Below are positions 13,185 to 25,768 of a stretch of 64,000 nt of DNA, in pieces. This DNA is from Eledone cirrhosa (lineage: Eukaryota). Where the stretch lies: contig OZ024742.1 of NCBI GenBank assembly GCA_964016885.1, positions 181,040,001-181,104,000 on the forward strand, given 5' to 3'. The notes beneath the pieces were generated by a model, which saw nothing but the letters and a program-made list of their open reading frames with translations, was not told where the DNA came from and ran no database searches. Position 1 is the first letter of the stretch; every line of letters starts with the position of its first letter. A program made the translations under genes and the position numbers.

Positions 13185-15395
13185 ATTATATGAGTGGATC
13201 TTGTCGAAACGCCACAACGAGAACATCGACACTAACGAACAGACGGACCAGAATCACGTGGAAAACAACAACTTAACAACCGCCACCGCCGCAACCACCA
13301 ACACCGAGCCATACCTCAACGATGCGGCGCACCTGGTCACCGACCTAACCGGCACTCTCACGAGCGACGAGCTGAAACTCCTACACCTCGGACCTAAGTT
13401 CATCGTCACACAACGTCTCGACGACAGACTCAATCTCAACATCGAGGCCAACTTTTGTCGAGCCGCTTACCAACTTAAATGGATGACCGCTGTCAACAGC
13501 GCCACAGATAATAACAGCACCAACACAACCCACCCCAAGTTCCCCACTTACCACCCCGACAACCCATTCCACCCCCCACCCACCAACCACGAACTCGACA
13601 CTAAACTCATCAGGCTAAAACACTCCATCTCGGATATACTTAACAAACACACACACACACGCACAACACATAACCTCACCAAATCTCAACTCGCCACTCT
13701 CTCCAACCTAAAATCGAAGAACCTCATCTATCTCCCCTCCGACAAGGGAAAAGAATTCTGCGTCATCAGCAGAGAGGCCTACAACATCCTGGCCCTCCAA
13801 CACCTTGACGATGACAACCTCTACTCCAAGGTCACGGGAATCACTCCCGCGCAGATAGAAGAACACATCAACTCCGCCTGGACCAACATCTGCGACCGGC
13901 GGAAGCTCCCGAAGAAGCTGAGATACAACCTCCTCACGAGGAACAGCAGACTACCCGCCTTCTACCACCTCGTGAAAACACACAAACAGGGACCCGACCT
14001 GAAAATCAGGCCCATCGTATCGAGCGTGGAGGGACCACTCTACAAAATTTCATGGCTCCTAGCCAAAATACTCAAACCCATCTTAGACACCTTGCCGGGA
14101 CACGTTAACAGCTCCGAGGAGGTTTTGAAGCGTCTGCATCAAATGGATCCCGACACCAGAAGGAATAACAGATATGCCTTCAGCCTTGATGTAGTCGCTC
14201 TCTACACCTCGGTCCCAGCACTCCCGGCCGTCAATATACTGATGGAACGCGTCCAATCCACCGACCTACACTGCTTCGGGCTCACCACCACTGACATCCA
14301 CCAACTCCTATCCATCGTCGTCGACAACACCTACTTCGGATTCCTTGACCAAATATACCAACAAACCTCGGGATTGCCCATGGGATCAAGTCTATCAGGT
14401 GTGCTAGCGATCTCCTACATGGACAACCTCGAACGCAAGGCACTCAACGCCTGCCACCCCAACGCCGTAGCCTTTTTCTCAAGATACGTGGACGATATCC
14501 TCATCCTCACATCTTCCCAATACACGGCGAACAGAATCTATGACACGTTCAACAACACGGACGAGAACAATGACTTCAGTGTTGAACACCCCAACGAAGA
14601 CGGGTCACTTGCCCTCCTCGTCTTCCGAATCAACATCACGGAACAAGGAGGGATCCACTGCAACTTCTACAGAAAGGCAGCCTGCAGGGACCTGTTCGTT
14701 CACTACAAGTCCGCCATCCCTAACAGTGCCAAAAGAGGATACATCACGAACGAATCGCGCGAATCAAAAACAGATGCAGCGATCCCGCGAGTGGTGTCAC
14801 TCATACCAAGCGATTCCTCGAGGTGCTGGAGACGAACGGGTACCCTACCTCGATCACAGACAGAATAGGAGACACCAGACGCAAGAGACAGAGAATCACC
14901 CAAGGCAAGTGCTTCCTTAAAATGCCACACCTGGGCGAGAAAACCACCAACGCTATCCGCAAGGCTATACGGGGGTAGGGCCTCGACATCCACCTGGCCC
15001 ACTCAGGCCCCTCCCTGCGAAGATGCCTCTCCAGGAAACCCGAAAAATCTACTGACGCATGCTCCCTCAGAGACTGCCCGATACGCCATGCTAACTGTTG
15101 CCTACGCACATACGTCGTGTATAAGATAGAATGTGACAGGTGCAACCAATACTACATAGGTAGCACAATTCGACCTTTGCACATCCGGATCAAGGAACAC
15201 ACTAAAACCAGGGCCTCGTCTTTCCGGAAACACATAGACAAATGCGGAAACAAAGACGGAAGGCCCATTGTCACAATTCTAGCGACTGAAAGAAACGTCG
15301 GCACGTTACGTATCAAGGAAGCGCTTTTTATCAAACGACTGCAACCGCAAATAAACAACCGATCAGAGAGAAGCGAAATGAAATGGCTGGTTTAA
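13185..15395 (+). pseudogene. PLE RT/GIY-YIG ORF with one frameshift (~14753) and one in-frame TAG (14976-14978)
   Basis: After KRGYITNE the PLE-like frame shifts to IARIKNRCSD...FLEVLETNGYP...AIRG*GLDIHLAHSG...CSLRDCPIRHANCC...VVYKIEC. The listed 623-aa ORF start is an artefact of the TA tract. Confidence 0.88.
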
Positions 15396-15756
15396 GTTAA
15401 CAAGCGATGCAACAACACACAACACACGCACACGCAAATGAGACAACTACACACACACACGCACACACACACAGTAGCATTCCAGCATACGAACATACTA
15501 CACTGCCAATACAGATGAACAAGGCAACAACACACACACACACACACTCAAGCGAGACAACAACACACGCACACACACACACAGTAACATTTAACAAACA
15601 GGCAGAGAATGGACTGACAGCTAGCGCCATCCCACTCCCTCATTCGGCCGCTGACCTCTGTACGACCGACCCCATTTCACGCGCACGCGCGCTCGGCCGA
15701 ATACCTCAGATATTCAAATCAACAAACAGCGAAAGACGCGTTCCGAGTTGTCCGGC

Positions 15757-16086
15757 AGGCAACCTTTTCCCCCACCCCGGAGGAAAACCCCAGTTGATGG
15801 ATGTGAATCCGAAATATATAGGGACTATTAAATCTCTCCCAAGGTAACTCTCTCTTGTGTTGTTATTTTTATTTTTATCCTTTATACTCTTCCCTTCATT
15901 CTACACATCTCACACATGTTATACACACCACGCATCTCAACGTACACCAACTTACATCTCTCTCTCCACCACCGGACCTTGTTACCCGGAGATTTACCCA
16001 TTTGCATTGTCGAGGCTTCAAAACGACCGAAAGATATTTACTTATTGTTCCACAATGCTTCAAGCAAACTTCAATACTCTCTTAAC

Positions 16087-16130
<44 letters not shown>

Positions 16131-16462
16131 TTTAAGAGAGTATTGAAGTTTGCTTGAAGCATTGTGGAACAATAAGTAAATATCTTTCGGTCGTTTGGAA
16201 GCGTCGACAATGCAAATGGGTAAATCTCCGGGTAACAAGGTCCGGTGGTGGAGAGAGAGATGTAAGTTGGTGTACGTTGAGATGCGTGGTGTGTATAACA
16301 TGTGTGAGATGTGTAGAATGAAGGGAAGAGTATAAAGGATAAAAATAAAAATAACAACACAAGAGAGAGTTACCTTGGGAGAGATTTAATAGTCCCTATA
16401 TATTTCGGATTCACATCCATCAACTGGGGTTTTCCTCCGGGGTGGGGGAAAAGGTTGCCTGC
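15757..16462. repeat. Long palindrome: PLE1 pseudo-LTR and its inverted copy around a (TA)n spacer
   Basis: 15757-16092 and 16125-16462 are reverse complements with only a few mismatches. Confidence 0.95.
15788..15823 (+). ncRNA. Minimal hammerhead-like motif with non-canonical core CAGUUGA
   Basis: CCC-CAGTTGA-t-GGAT gtga ATCC-GAAA-TATA-TA-GGG. An identical inverted copy lies at 16394-16429. Confidence 0.55.
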
Positions 16463-16563
16463 CGTCGTGTATAAGATAGAATATATATATATACCTAGGA
16501 TATATATATATATACATACAATATATATATATATATATATACATAGGATATATATATATACAT

Positions 16564-16675
<112 letters not shown>

Positions 16676-16693
16676 ATATATATATATATATAC

Positions 16694-16731
<38 letters not shown>

Positions 16732-16800
16732 ATATATATATATATATACACAATATATATATATATATATACAATATATATATATATATACTATATATAT

Positions 16801-18321
16801 ATCATCATCATCATCATCATCATCAGGTTTAGCGTCCGTGTTCCACGCTTGCATGGGTTTGGACGGGGGTTTTCCCACTTGAGGCAAGAGTGGTTGTCTT
16901 GCTCGCATAGGACTGTCTGGCGGGTTTTCTACAGTTGGATCCCTTCCTAACACCAACCACATTTACAGTGTGGGGCTGGGAGGTTTTTACCGTGTTGCCT
17001 ACACGGCCACATTACAGCGTGGACTGTCTGGCGGGTTTTCTACAGCTGGATGCCCTTCCTAACACCAACCACATTTACAGTGTGGGGCTGGGAGGTTTTT
17101 ACCGTGTTGCCTACACGGCCACATTTACAGCGTGGACTGTGTGTTTTTTGTCGTGACACCTACACGATCTCATTTGTTTTGGCCTGGATGTTGTGGGACC
17201 AACATAACTGTACATTGAAAGGGGCGGTGTGGATGGGGTGGAGGTGGTGGGACGGGGGGGTGTTTTGATAGAGATGCCTACTGACTGTAGTAGGTTTTTA
17301 CTTTGTATTTAGGTAAGGCGGGTCTTCTCTATTACTGAGTACCGCCAAAGGTCTCGGTCCAGTGACATTGTCTTGGAGAGGTGTAAGCGTGTGAGGTCGC
17401 AATTTATCAGCTCGTCCCATGTTTTTCTGGGTCTGCCTACTCCGTGGCTACCGTCTATCTTTATTGCCCTGCACTTTGTTATACAGCTGTCGTCTTTCAT
17501 GCGCATCACGTGACCGTACCAACGTAGCCTTCTCTCGAGTAAACAACATCTGATCCCTCTTATTTCTAATTTTTTCCTTAGTTCGTTTATGCTTTGCCGT
17601 TCACGTATATTACTATTGCACATCCAGCGGAGCATGCAAGCTTCGTTCCTCTCTAGTCTGCGTATATCCTCTGCACACAATGCCCAGGTCTCACTGCCAT
17701 GCAGCATTGCTGTTCGTATGCAGGCATCGTATAACCTGCCTTTCATTTTTAGGGAGAACCCTCTAGCGGCTAATAGTGGTATAAGCTCTCTGAACTTTTT
17801 CCATCCAGTTCTGACTCTAGCTACTGTACTTTCAGAGCACCCTCCCCCACTGCTGATTTTGTCACCCAGGTAACGGAAGCTGTCCACTATTTCTATAGAA
17901 CCCTCTGCGCAGTTGAAGGAGCTAGTACTTTGTGGGCACTTGCTGCTACTTATTGCACCAGAGCACCGGCCACATGTAAAATCTATGTTCTTAGTTAGCT
18001 TACCTGTGATCCCACTACATCTTTTATGCACCCATACTTTGCATTTGGGACATAAAATGGAGTTTCTACCTACGCCTTTCCTACACACTGAGCATGGCCA
18101 TTTCCCAGATGGGACTGCCGCCATATTTTCTTTCCTACAAACTAGAACTTTAGTCTTAGCCAGGTTAATTTTAAGGCCTTTTGATTCTAGGCCGTGCTTC
18201 CATGTTTGGAATTTCTTCTCTAGTTCGGTCATTGATTCAGCTATGAGCATTAGATCATCTGCGTATAGGAGTTCCCATGGGCAGCCAGTCTTAAACTCCT
18301 CTGTTATAGCCTGAAGGGCAA
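16801..18321 (-). mobile_element. Young 5'-truncated RTE LINE with an open RT C-terminal half
   Basis: [19 protein letters not shown], a Cys-rich finger, [30 protein letters not shown]; (GAT)n tail; internal duplication in the 3' UTR. Confidence 0.95.
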
Positions 18322-18362
18322 TATATATATATATATATATATATACAATATATATATATACA

Positions 18363-18393
<31 letters not shown>

Positions 18394-18414
18394 ATATATA
18401 TATATTTATATATA

Positions 18415-18462
<48 letters not shown>

Positions 18463-18476
18463 ATATATATACAATA

Positions 18477-18538
<62 letters not shown>

Positions 18539-19289
18539 ATATATATATACAATATATATATATACAATATATATATACATATATATACAATATATATATA
18601 TACAGTATATATATATATATATATAATATATATATATATATATACAATATATATATATATATACAATATATATATATATATACAATATATATATATATAT
18701 ATATACAATATATATATATATATAAATATATATATATAGTTCAAAGAGACAACAAACAGATGTACAAAAGTCTTATTAGTTTATATATATATATATGTGT
18801 GTGTGTTTGTGTGTGTGTGTATGTGTGTGTGTGTGTGTATGCTAGCGTGGAAAACAGACGTTAAACGATGATGATATATATATGTATGTATATATATAAC
18901 TGTATTAAAATGACAGACTTGATATATCTGGTAAATTTATAGTTATCTCATAGACAGAAGCTTTACTGATGAATAATCTATAGATGGAAGATATAGTGAT
19001 GAATAAATATATACAGATGGAAGATATAGCCATGGTTAAATATATAAAAGGAGAGAAAGAGTTGAACCAACAGACAGGTAGATGTAAGATACACATTACC
19101 TATGGCTTCAAATCATTTTGAAAGAACTTCAAGGGATTTAGTGATATAACTAGCCGTCTCATTATTAAGCTGGTGTTTGGAATATAACTTAATAAATGAA
19201 TCAAGTATACTCCGATGGATGTTTAATGTTAGTGTGCATAAGTAACATAGCATAAACAAACTGAGGGGAAAAATTAGCATCAGAGGAAT

Positions 19290-19630
19290 TGGGTGTAGAG
19301 AGAAGATTACATTGGTATGGACATGAGATGGATATGGAAGATAGAAGCTGCATAAAAAATGTAGAGAAATCCCAGTGGCTGGGACCCATGGAAGAGGCAG
19401 ACCCTGCAAGATATAGGATGAGGTTGTGAAGACTGACCCTGTGATGCATATTAAAAATAGTAGCTGCATAAATAAATATAGAGAAATCCCATTGGCTGGG
19501 AAGAGGCAGATGCAGGATGACATGGGATGAGGTTGTGAAGACAACCCTTAAAAAACTAAACCTCACAACAGAAATGCCAAATGGCCATGAGGGCTAGCGC
19601 TAAATTGTGCTGGTGAAGACCCAGCCAACA
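19290..19630 (+). mobile_element. Decayed RTE 3' fragment with internal duplication
   Basis: gaagattacattggtatggacatg...ggaagaggcagaccc...gggatgaggttgtgaagac repeated. Confidence 0.65.
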
Positions 19631-21650
19631 GTATACAATGTTGCTAGACTTATCCTCCTGTCCTCCACTCCTATTAGCACTACGCACAACCCACTCCATC
19701 CATACCTCTTCCTGTTCTTGTCCCTTAGCTGTTGCCCACGACCTCTAAAGCCCCTAGATACCCCCACTATCACATCCTAGGAGCTACTCTACTCATGACA
19801 ATGCATTTAACCCATGCCCCCTCCACTATAATCTGTTAGCTATTCTCTCCAGCACTACATCTCTACCTGGCAATGCCACCTTCACACTAGAGCTCATGAT
19901 CAAACCTTCCACCCTCTCCACCCCCACCACTTCAGTTTTCTCACAGTCCCATCCCCTTCCCCACTCATCACCCTATCAAATTCCGCCACATTTGCCATAA
20001 GTTCATAATTATCTCTCTCCTACAACCCCCCCCCCCCCCCACACACACACAGATTAGAAATGGCTTTTCTGTTGGACATGGACCAGCCCAGCACAGTCTG
20101 TAAGATGTCACAGTGGGACAACCTTTCTAGTGTTGGTGATCTACCTGCTAAATGCACCCAGTACATGCTCTAAAGCAATTAGTGATAGGAAAGGCATCAA
20201 GCTGTAGAAAGCTTGCCAAACAAAGGATTGGGAAGACCCTTCATTCATGTCAAGGACATGACAGCCTCTCTAGTATTGGTGATCTACATGATAAACACAC
20301 CCAGTATTTAATGTAAAGAGGTTTGTGATAGGAAGAGCATCCAGCTGTTGAAATCTAGCCAAACAAAGAGCTGTGAGGACCCTCAGTTGTGTCAAAGTCA
20401 TGACAGCTTCTCCTATGCTCTTGAAAGAACATGAGACTATACATAAGCAAGATGCAGACTCCCTGGCCCATCCTGGAGGTCAGTAGCACTGCTTCAGTAA
20501 TGACTTGGTCTATGTAGACCTGTCCAGCCCTTGTTAGCATGGAAAGCAAATAATAAAAGATGATGATGATGACAATGAAATGTACTTACATAAAATTATG
20601 ATGGAACATTTAAAATAAACATAAAGGCTTTAAAGCAAATGACTTTGTGCCATATAACCCAGCGCAGTACCAGGTGTTTTAGTATGAAAAGGGTTAATTC
20701 AAGATATGGAGCCCAGCTCTCTGAAAGTGTGAACACAGTTGACTTCTTACAGTGAGATGGAAGAGAGAGAAACTGATATATAGGAAGAAATGATCCCACC
20801 ACCGGAATTGTCCGTAAAAGGATGAAAGGCAAAGTTTACCCAGGTGAGATTTGAATTCAAAATGCAGTGAGTTTGAACAAACACATTGAAGTATTCTCTC
20901 TAATAACTTTGCCAATGAGGAAGATAGCCATCTACAAGAAAGAGATTTATTTATTAGAAATGAAAAATTAATTATAAGAACTGAATTAGCATTGCTTCAG
21001 GCAATGATTTCAATAATCATTCTTAATCTGTTCTTTCTTATATTCTTTAACTGGTTTCAGCCATTAAGCTGCATCCAAGCTACAGCACTGCCTTTATGTA
21101 ATTGATCATATTTTTCCAAGTCTGATGCTTATTTTATCAATCTTTATTTTGTTGAACTGCTGAGTTTTAGAACATAAATAAATACATTGCTCATATTTAA
21201 TGAAAATATGTTGACCAAGTGACACAAATTTTCTGAAATATATTCCACAGCAACATAATCAACAAAGTATTTGTTATTCTTCAACAAGAAATGTATCAAA
21301 AGAATCATCAAGAACATCAGTATATAAACGAGTTATTAAATTGATTTATAGATTGATGAAACTAGTTTTGTATTAAATAAGGTAGCTTTACATTCGAATA
21401 GAACATCACTAGCTGATTGCATTTATGATAAACTAAAAAGTTTATATCTTGCATTGATTCTTTGGAGCTCTGCTGTGTATAGAAATAAAAGAAAAATAAC
21501 ACAAATATAAAAGAATATGTAGTTTATCAATTACAGTCACTGGGGCAATTATATGTGTCTGCATGTGATTACAGTTGTTAAACCATAATATGATGTGTAT
21601 GTATGTGTGTTTTGTATGTTCTCTGCATGTGTGAGTGTGTGTGTGTACAT

Positions 21651-21681
<31 letters not shown>

Positions 21682-21722
21682 CACATATATATATATATAT
21701 ACGTACACATATATATATATAT

Positions 21723-21850
<128 letters not shown>

Positions 21851-21896
21851 GTACACACATATATATATATACGTACATATATATATATATATATAT

Positions 21897-22714
21897 ATGC
21901 CTGCATACGAACAGCAATGTTGCATGGCAGTGAGACCTGGGCATTGTGTGCAGAGGATATACGCAGACTAGAGAGAAACGAAGCTTGCATGCTCTGCTGG
22001 ATGTGTAATAGTAATATACGCGAACGGCAAAGCATAAACAAACTAAGGGGAAAATTAGAAATAAGAGGGATCAGATGTTGTTTAGTCGAGAGAAGGCTAC
22101 GTTGGTATGGTCACGTTATGCACATGAAAGACGACAGCTGTATAAAAAAGTGCAGGGCAATAAAGATAGACGGTAGCCACGGAGTAGGCAGACCCAGAAA
22201 AACCTGGGACGACCTGATAAATTCCGACCTAACACACTTACACCTCTCCAAGACAATGTCACTGGACCGAGACCTTTGGCGGTACTCAGTAATAGAGAAG
22301 ACCCGCCTTACCTAAATACAAAGTAAAACCTACTACAGTCAGTAGGCATCTCTAACAAAATACACCCCCGTCCCACCACCCCCACCCCATCCGCACCGCC
22401 CCTTTCAATGTAAAGTTATGTTGGTGCCACAACATCCAGGCCGAAACAAATGAGATCGTGTAGGTGTCACGACAAAAAAAAACACACAGTCCATGCTGTA
22501 ATGTGGCCGTGTAGGCAACACGGTAAAAACCTCCCAGTCCCACACTGTAAACATGGTTGGTGTTAGGAAGGGCATCCAGCTGTAGAAAACCCGCCAGACA
22601 GTCCTATGCGAGCAAGACAACTACTCTTGCCTCAAGTGGGAAAACTCCTGTCGAAACCCATGCAAGCGTGGAACATGGACGTTAAGCGATGATGATGATG
22701 ATGATGATGATGAT
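21897..22714 (+). mobile_element. Young 5'-truncated RTE LINE
   Basis: [25 protein letters not shown]...SVIEKTRLT, 3' UTR and (GAT)n tail; (TA)n on both sides. Confidence 0.93.
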
Positions 22715-22775
<61 letters not shown>

Positions 22776-23574
22776 TATACACACACATATAGAATATATA
22801 TATCGGTATGGACATGTGATGTAGATGGAAGATGACAGCTGTTTAAAGAGTCGAAAAAGCTCAGTGGTTAGGTCTTGTAGAAGAGACAGACCTAAGAGGT
22901 CTTGGGATGAATGGGTGAAGACTGATCTTAAAAAGCTGAACCTTACAATGGAGATGACAGCAAGAGCTGGTGACATGTACTAGAGAAGATACCTCCTTCA
23001 GAATAAAATGGGACCTACCCAATACCTGAGACCCCTTCCCTCCATTAGCATTCCTTATTAGTTATTCCTACAACCCTACATCCCACTTCAAAATTTTCAC
23101 ACACCATTTATATGATATAACCAATACATCAAGTAGGGTGGTTGGTGAAAGGAAGGGAATCCTGCTGTAAAATGCAGGCCCAAAAGAGTTGAGAGGACAC
23201 TTCACTTGTGTTAGCAGCATGACAACCTCTTTAACATTAGTGATCTGTATGATAAACGCACACAACACACACAGTAAAATAGTTGGTAATACAAAATGGC
23301 TTCCAGACATAGAAAACCTGCTAAACCAAGAATCAGGAGGAATCTTCAGATATGTGAAAGACATGACAACTTCCCTGGTACTGGTGCCACAGGAAAATAC
23401 TCTCTATAGAACTTGGCCACCAGCCACTCTGAGAAGTCAGTAACTCAGCTTGAGTACTGAGTTGATCAGTGAAGACCTGTCCAAACCTTGCAAGCATAAA
23501 AGATGGTTGTTCAAGATGTTAAATGACGATATATATATGTGTGTGTATATATGTATATATATATATATATTATG

Positions 23575-23614
<40 letters not shown>

Positions 23615-23702
23615 TTTCGTTTCTGAATTTGTTTAGCAAGATTCTTTATCTGAAATCGTGTGTTGAAACCGATATTGTTATACTTTGGGAGGGCCATGTT
23701 GC

Positions 23703-24584
23703 AAACATCTGATCCACCGAAACTCGGCCATTTCGGACCATACCAAAATCAACATACTGATTGCGGATTTGGTACGGGTGATGAGAAATGTGTCCCGCAT
23801 GTGCAACCCCGAAGAACTAGAGAGACACATACAACACTTCATCCACCGTATGCAGTTCTCTGGCTACAATCAGAGAGATAGAATCAGAGTGTATAAAGGA
23901 GCCAGAACCAAATGGGAAAAAATGGTAAATAATGACATAAATGGGACCTGCCCCTTGTATAGGAGCAAATTTTGGAATAGAATAGAAAGAACTAAGAACA
24001 AGGCCAATAGAATAAACTCATGGTATGATAGCAATAAATACCAGAGTGTAATGTTCATCAATACAACCCCTAGAGGCGAACTAGCCTACAAATTTAGAAG
24101 GGCCCTAAAGAAACATAATCTCAATATTAAGATAGTAGAAAGACCTGGTACCTCCGTAAAAACACTTATTAGCAAGACATACCCGTTCCAAAGACCCTCA
24201 TGTATAGATAAGAAATGTATAACCTGTAAAATAAGCCCCCATATTAACTGTAAAACTAGAAATGTAGTATATAGCATAAGATGTACTGAAGGACAATGTA
24301 GAAACAAAAATATAGTGTACATAGGTGAGACAGCTCGTAGTATAGGGGAACGAATAAATGAACACTGGCGAGACCTCCAAGATAATAAAGAATCATCTGT
24401 GCTCTACCAACATGCTAAGATAGAACACAGGGGTAAATTAGAGAGCATAGAAATAAAAATAGAATCCACACACAAGAAAGACGCAATGTTTAGGCAAATT
24501 ACAGAGGCAGTAAGCATAAAAGAATTAAAACCAAAATTAAATAGAAAATATGAGTGGAACAGCAACATCACAACTTACAATTAA
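23703..24584 (+). CDS. PLE2 RT thumb, Zn-finger linker and GIY-YIG endonuclease (partial, no native start)
   Basis: Uninterrupted frame with VVY...YIGET..R..EH GIY-YIG motifs. Confidence 0.85.
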   Translation, partial: KHLIHRNSAISDHTKINILIADLVRVMRNVSRMCNPEELERHIQHFIHRMQFSGYNQRDRIRVYKGARTKWEKMVNNDINGTCPLYRSKFWNRIERTKNKANRINSWYDSNKYQSVMFINTTPRGELAYKFRRALKKHNLNIKIVERPGTSVKTLISKTYPFQRPSCIDKKCITCKISPHINCKTRNVVYSIRCTEGQCRNKNIVYIGETARSIGERINEHWRDLQDNKESSVLYQHAKIEHRGKLESIEIKIESTHKKDAMFRQITEAVSIKELKPKLNRKYEWNSNITTYN

Positions 24585-24867
24585 GGACAAAATGAAAACA
24601 CACACACACATAGAACAAACAACTTACAATTGAAAACACACACAAAATGAAAACACACACACGCATAGAACAAACAACCAACCAACAATAAATAAATAAA
24701 TAAACAAACAAATAGAAAAATATAAATAGAAAAATAGAAAAATGAACACAAACACACACAGACACCCGGATGTGGCGCATGCGCAAACGGAGCACGCAAC
24801 CCACACACAAACAAAATGGCGTAGGATAGAAGAAAGGAAAGGCACAGAAACGAAGAAAGAAATCCCC

Positions 24868-24912
24868 AGTCACTGAAGAGGTCACAGTGTGTGTGACGAA
24901 AGAACTATGACT
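24868..24912 (+). ncRNA. Minimal type I hammerhead ribozyme in the PLE2 pseudo-LTR
   Basis: AGTCA-CTGAAGA-g-GTCACA gtgtg TGTGAC-GAAA-gaac-TA-TGACT. Confidence 0.85.
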
Positions 24913-25063
24913 ATATATATATAAACAACTATCTGGTTGTGGAACCAACCAACCAACCAGAAATTTATAAATTTGTAAATTTATAAATATATAATAAATT
25001 AAATTGAAGTGAAAGCAACTGGTGCGTGTGTTTCTTATTGGCAACATGGCCCTCCCAAAGTAT

Positions 25064-25118
<55 letters not shown>

Positions 25119-25305
25119 TATCATTGCTACACACACGCACACACACACACATATATATGTGTATGTATATATATATATATTTCCCGCCTTCACTATACAC
25201 CAACGTATTTATGGGTCACTTTCACGACCTTTCAGACCTGTATTAGTTGGAGTGAGGTCATATATTTTATCGTTCCTGGGGTTTTTAACCCTAGGATAGG
25301 AAAAT

Positions 25306-25386
25306 GCTTCTCTGATGATCTTTGCTTTTCCATTAATATCCACGTGATATCTAATGTTTTGCAACGTGAAACTGTACAGATAGGGC
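25306..25386 (+). ncRNA. Degenerate hammerhead-like motif
   Basis: CTGATGA, a long stem II (TTGC..CATTA.ATATC/GATAT.TAATG..GCAA), GAAA and CTGTACAG are present, but U16.1 is absent and stem I is weak. Confidence 0.4.
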
Positions 25387-25500
25387 CATTTGAATAGGTA
25401 AATATTTATATTATATTTTTTAATTTTGATTAATTTTAATTGTATATTAATTTTGATTTATTTTGAAAAATTGGTTGAATTTTACTTGTTCTGCTTATCT

Positions 25501-25559
<59 letters not shown>

Positions 25560-25768
25560 TGTGCGTGTGTGTAGCAATAATATCTGTAGGTGGAAAAAGG
25601 AAAAAGGAAAACACTGCTCCATTGAGATGAGAGCAGAAATTATCTTTTTAAGTTCATACATGGAACAAAGGTATCTTATAAAGAAAGGTCGCTATGTTGA
25701 TGCTTCTTGTTTTCTGGGGGTATGGTCAAATTTGGGCCTACATATACTACCTACATTATATATCATAA

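Larger units (their letters stand above)
13185..16092 (+). mobile_element. Penelope-like element 1 (5'-truncated; RT, GIY-YIG, 3' pseudo-LTR)
   Basis: PLE motifs LLHLGPKF, LPSDKG, FYHLVKTHK, IRPIVS, FSLDVVALYT, GLPMGSSLS, RYVDD, then VVYKIECDRCNQYYIGSTIRPLHIRIKEH...EALFI...PQIN. The pseudo-LTR ends in (TA)n. Confidence 0.95.
23615..25070 (+). mobile_element. Penelope-like element 2 (5'-truncated, 5' inversion, GIY-YIG, pseudo-LTR)
   Basis: Open frame 23703-24584 reads MQFSGY...IKIVERPG...CIDKKCITC...CKTRNVVYSIRC...VYIGETARSIGERINEH...RQITEAVSI...LNRKYEW. 23672-23702 is the inverse of 25040-25070. Confidence 0.93.

Noticed and set aside
12997-13185. N-terminus of the 623-aa ORF
   Set aside because: The ATG lies in the 317-bp repeat and reads through a TA tract. 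PLE-like sequence begins only at about 13185.
15040-15400. Selenocysteine recoding as described for some Naiad-type PLEs
   Set aside because: The only in-frame stop I found is a TAG outside the Cys motifs, and there is no in-frame TGA at cysteine positions.
16005-16036. Possible second HHR in the PLE1 pseudo-LTR (TTGTCGA..CCGAAAGATATT)
   Set aside because: Multiple core mismatches, no stem I, and the two copies differ in the putative stem II.
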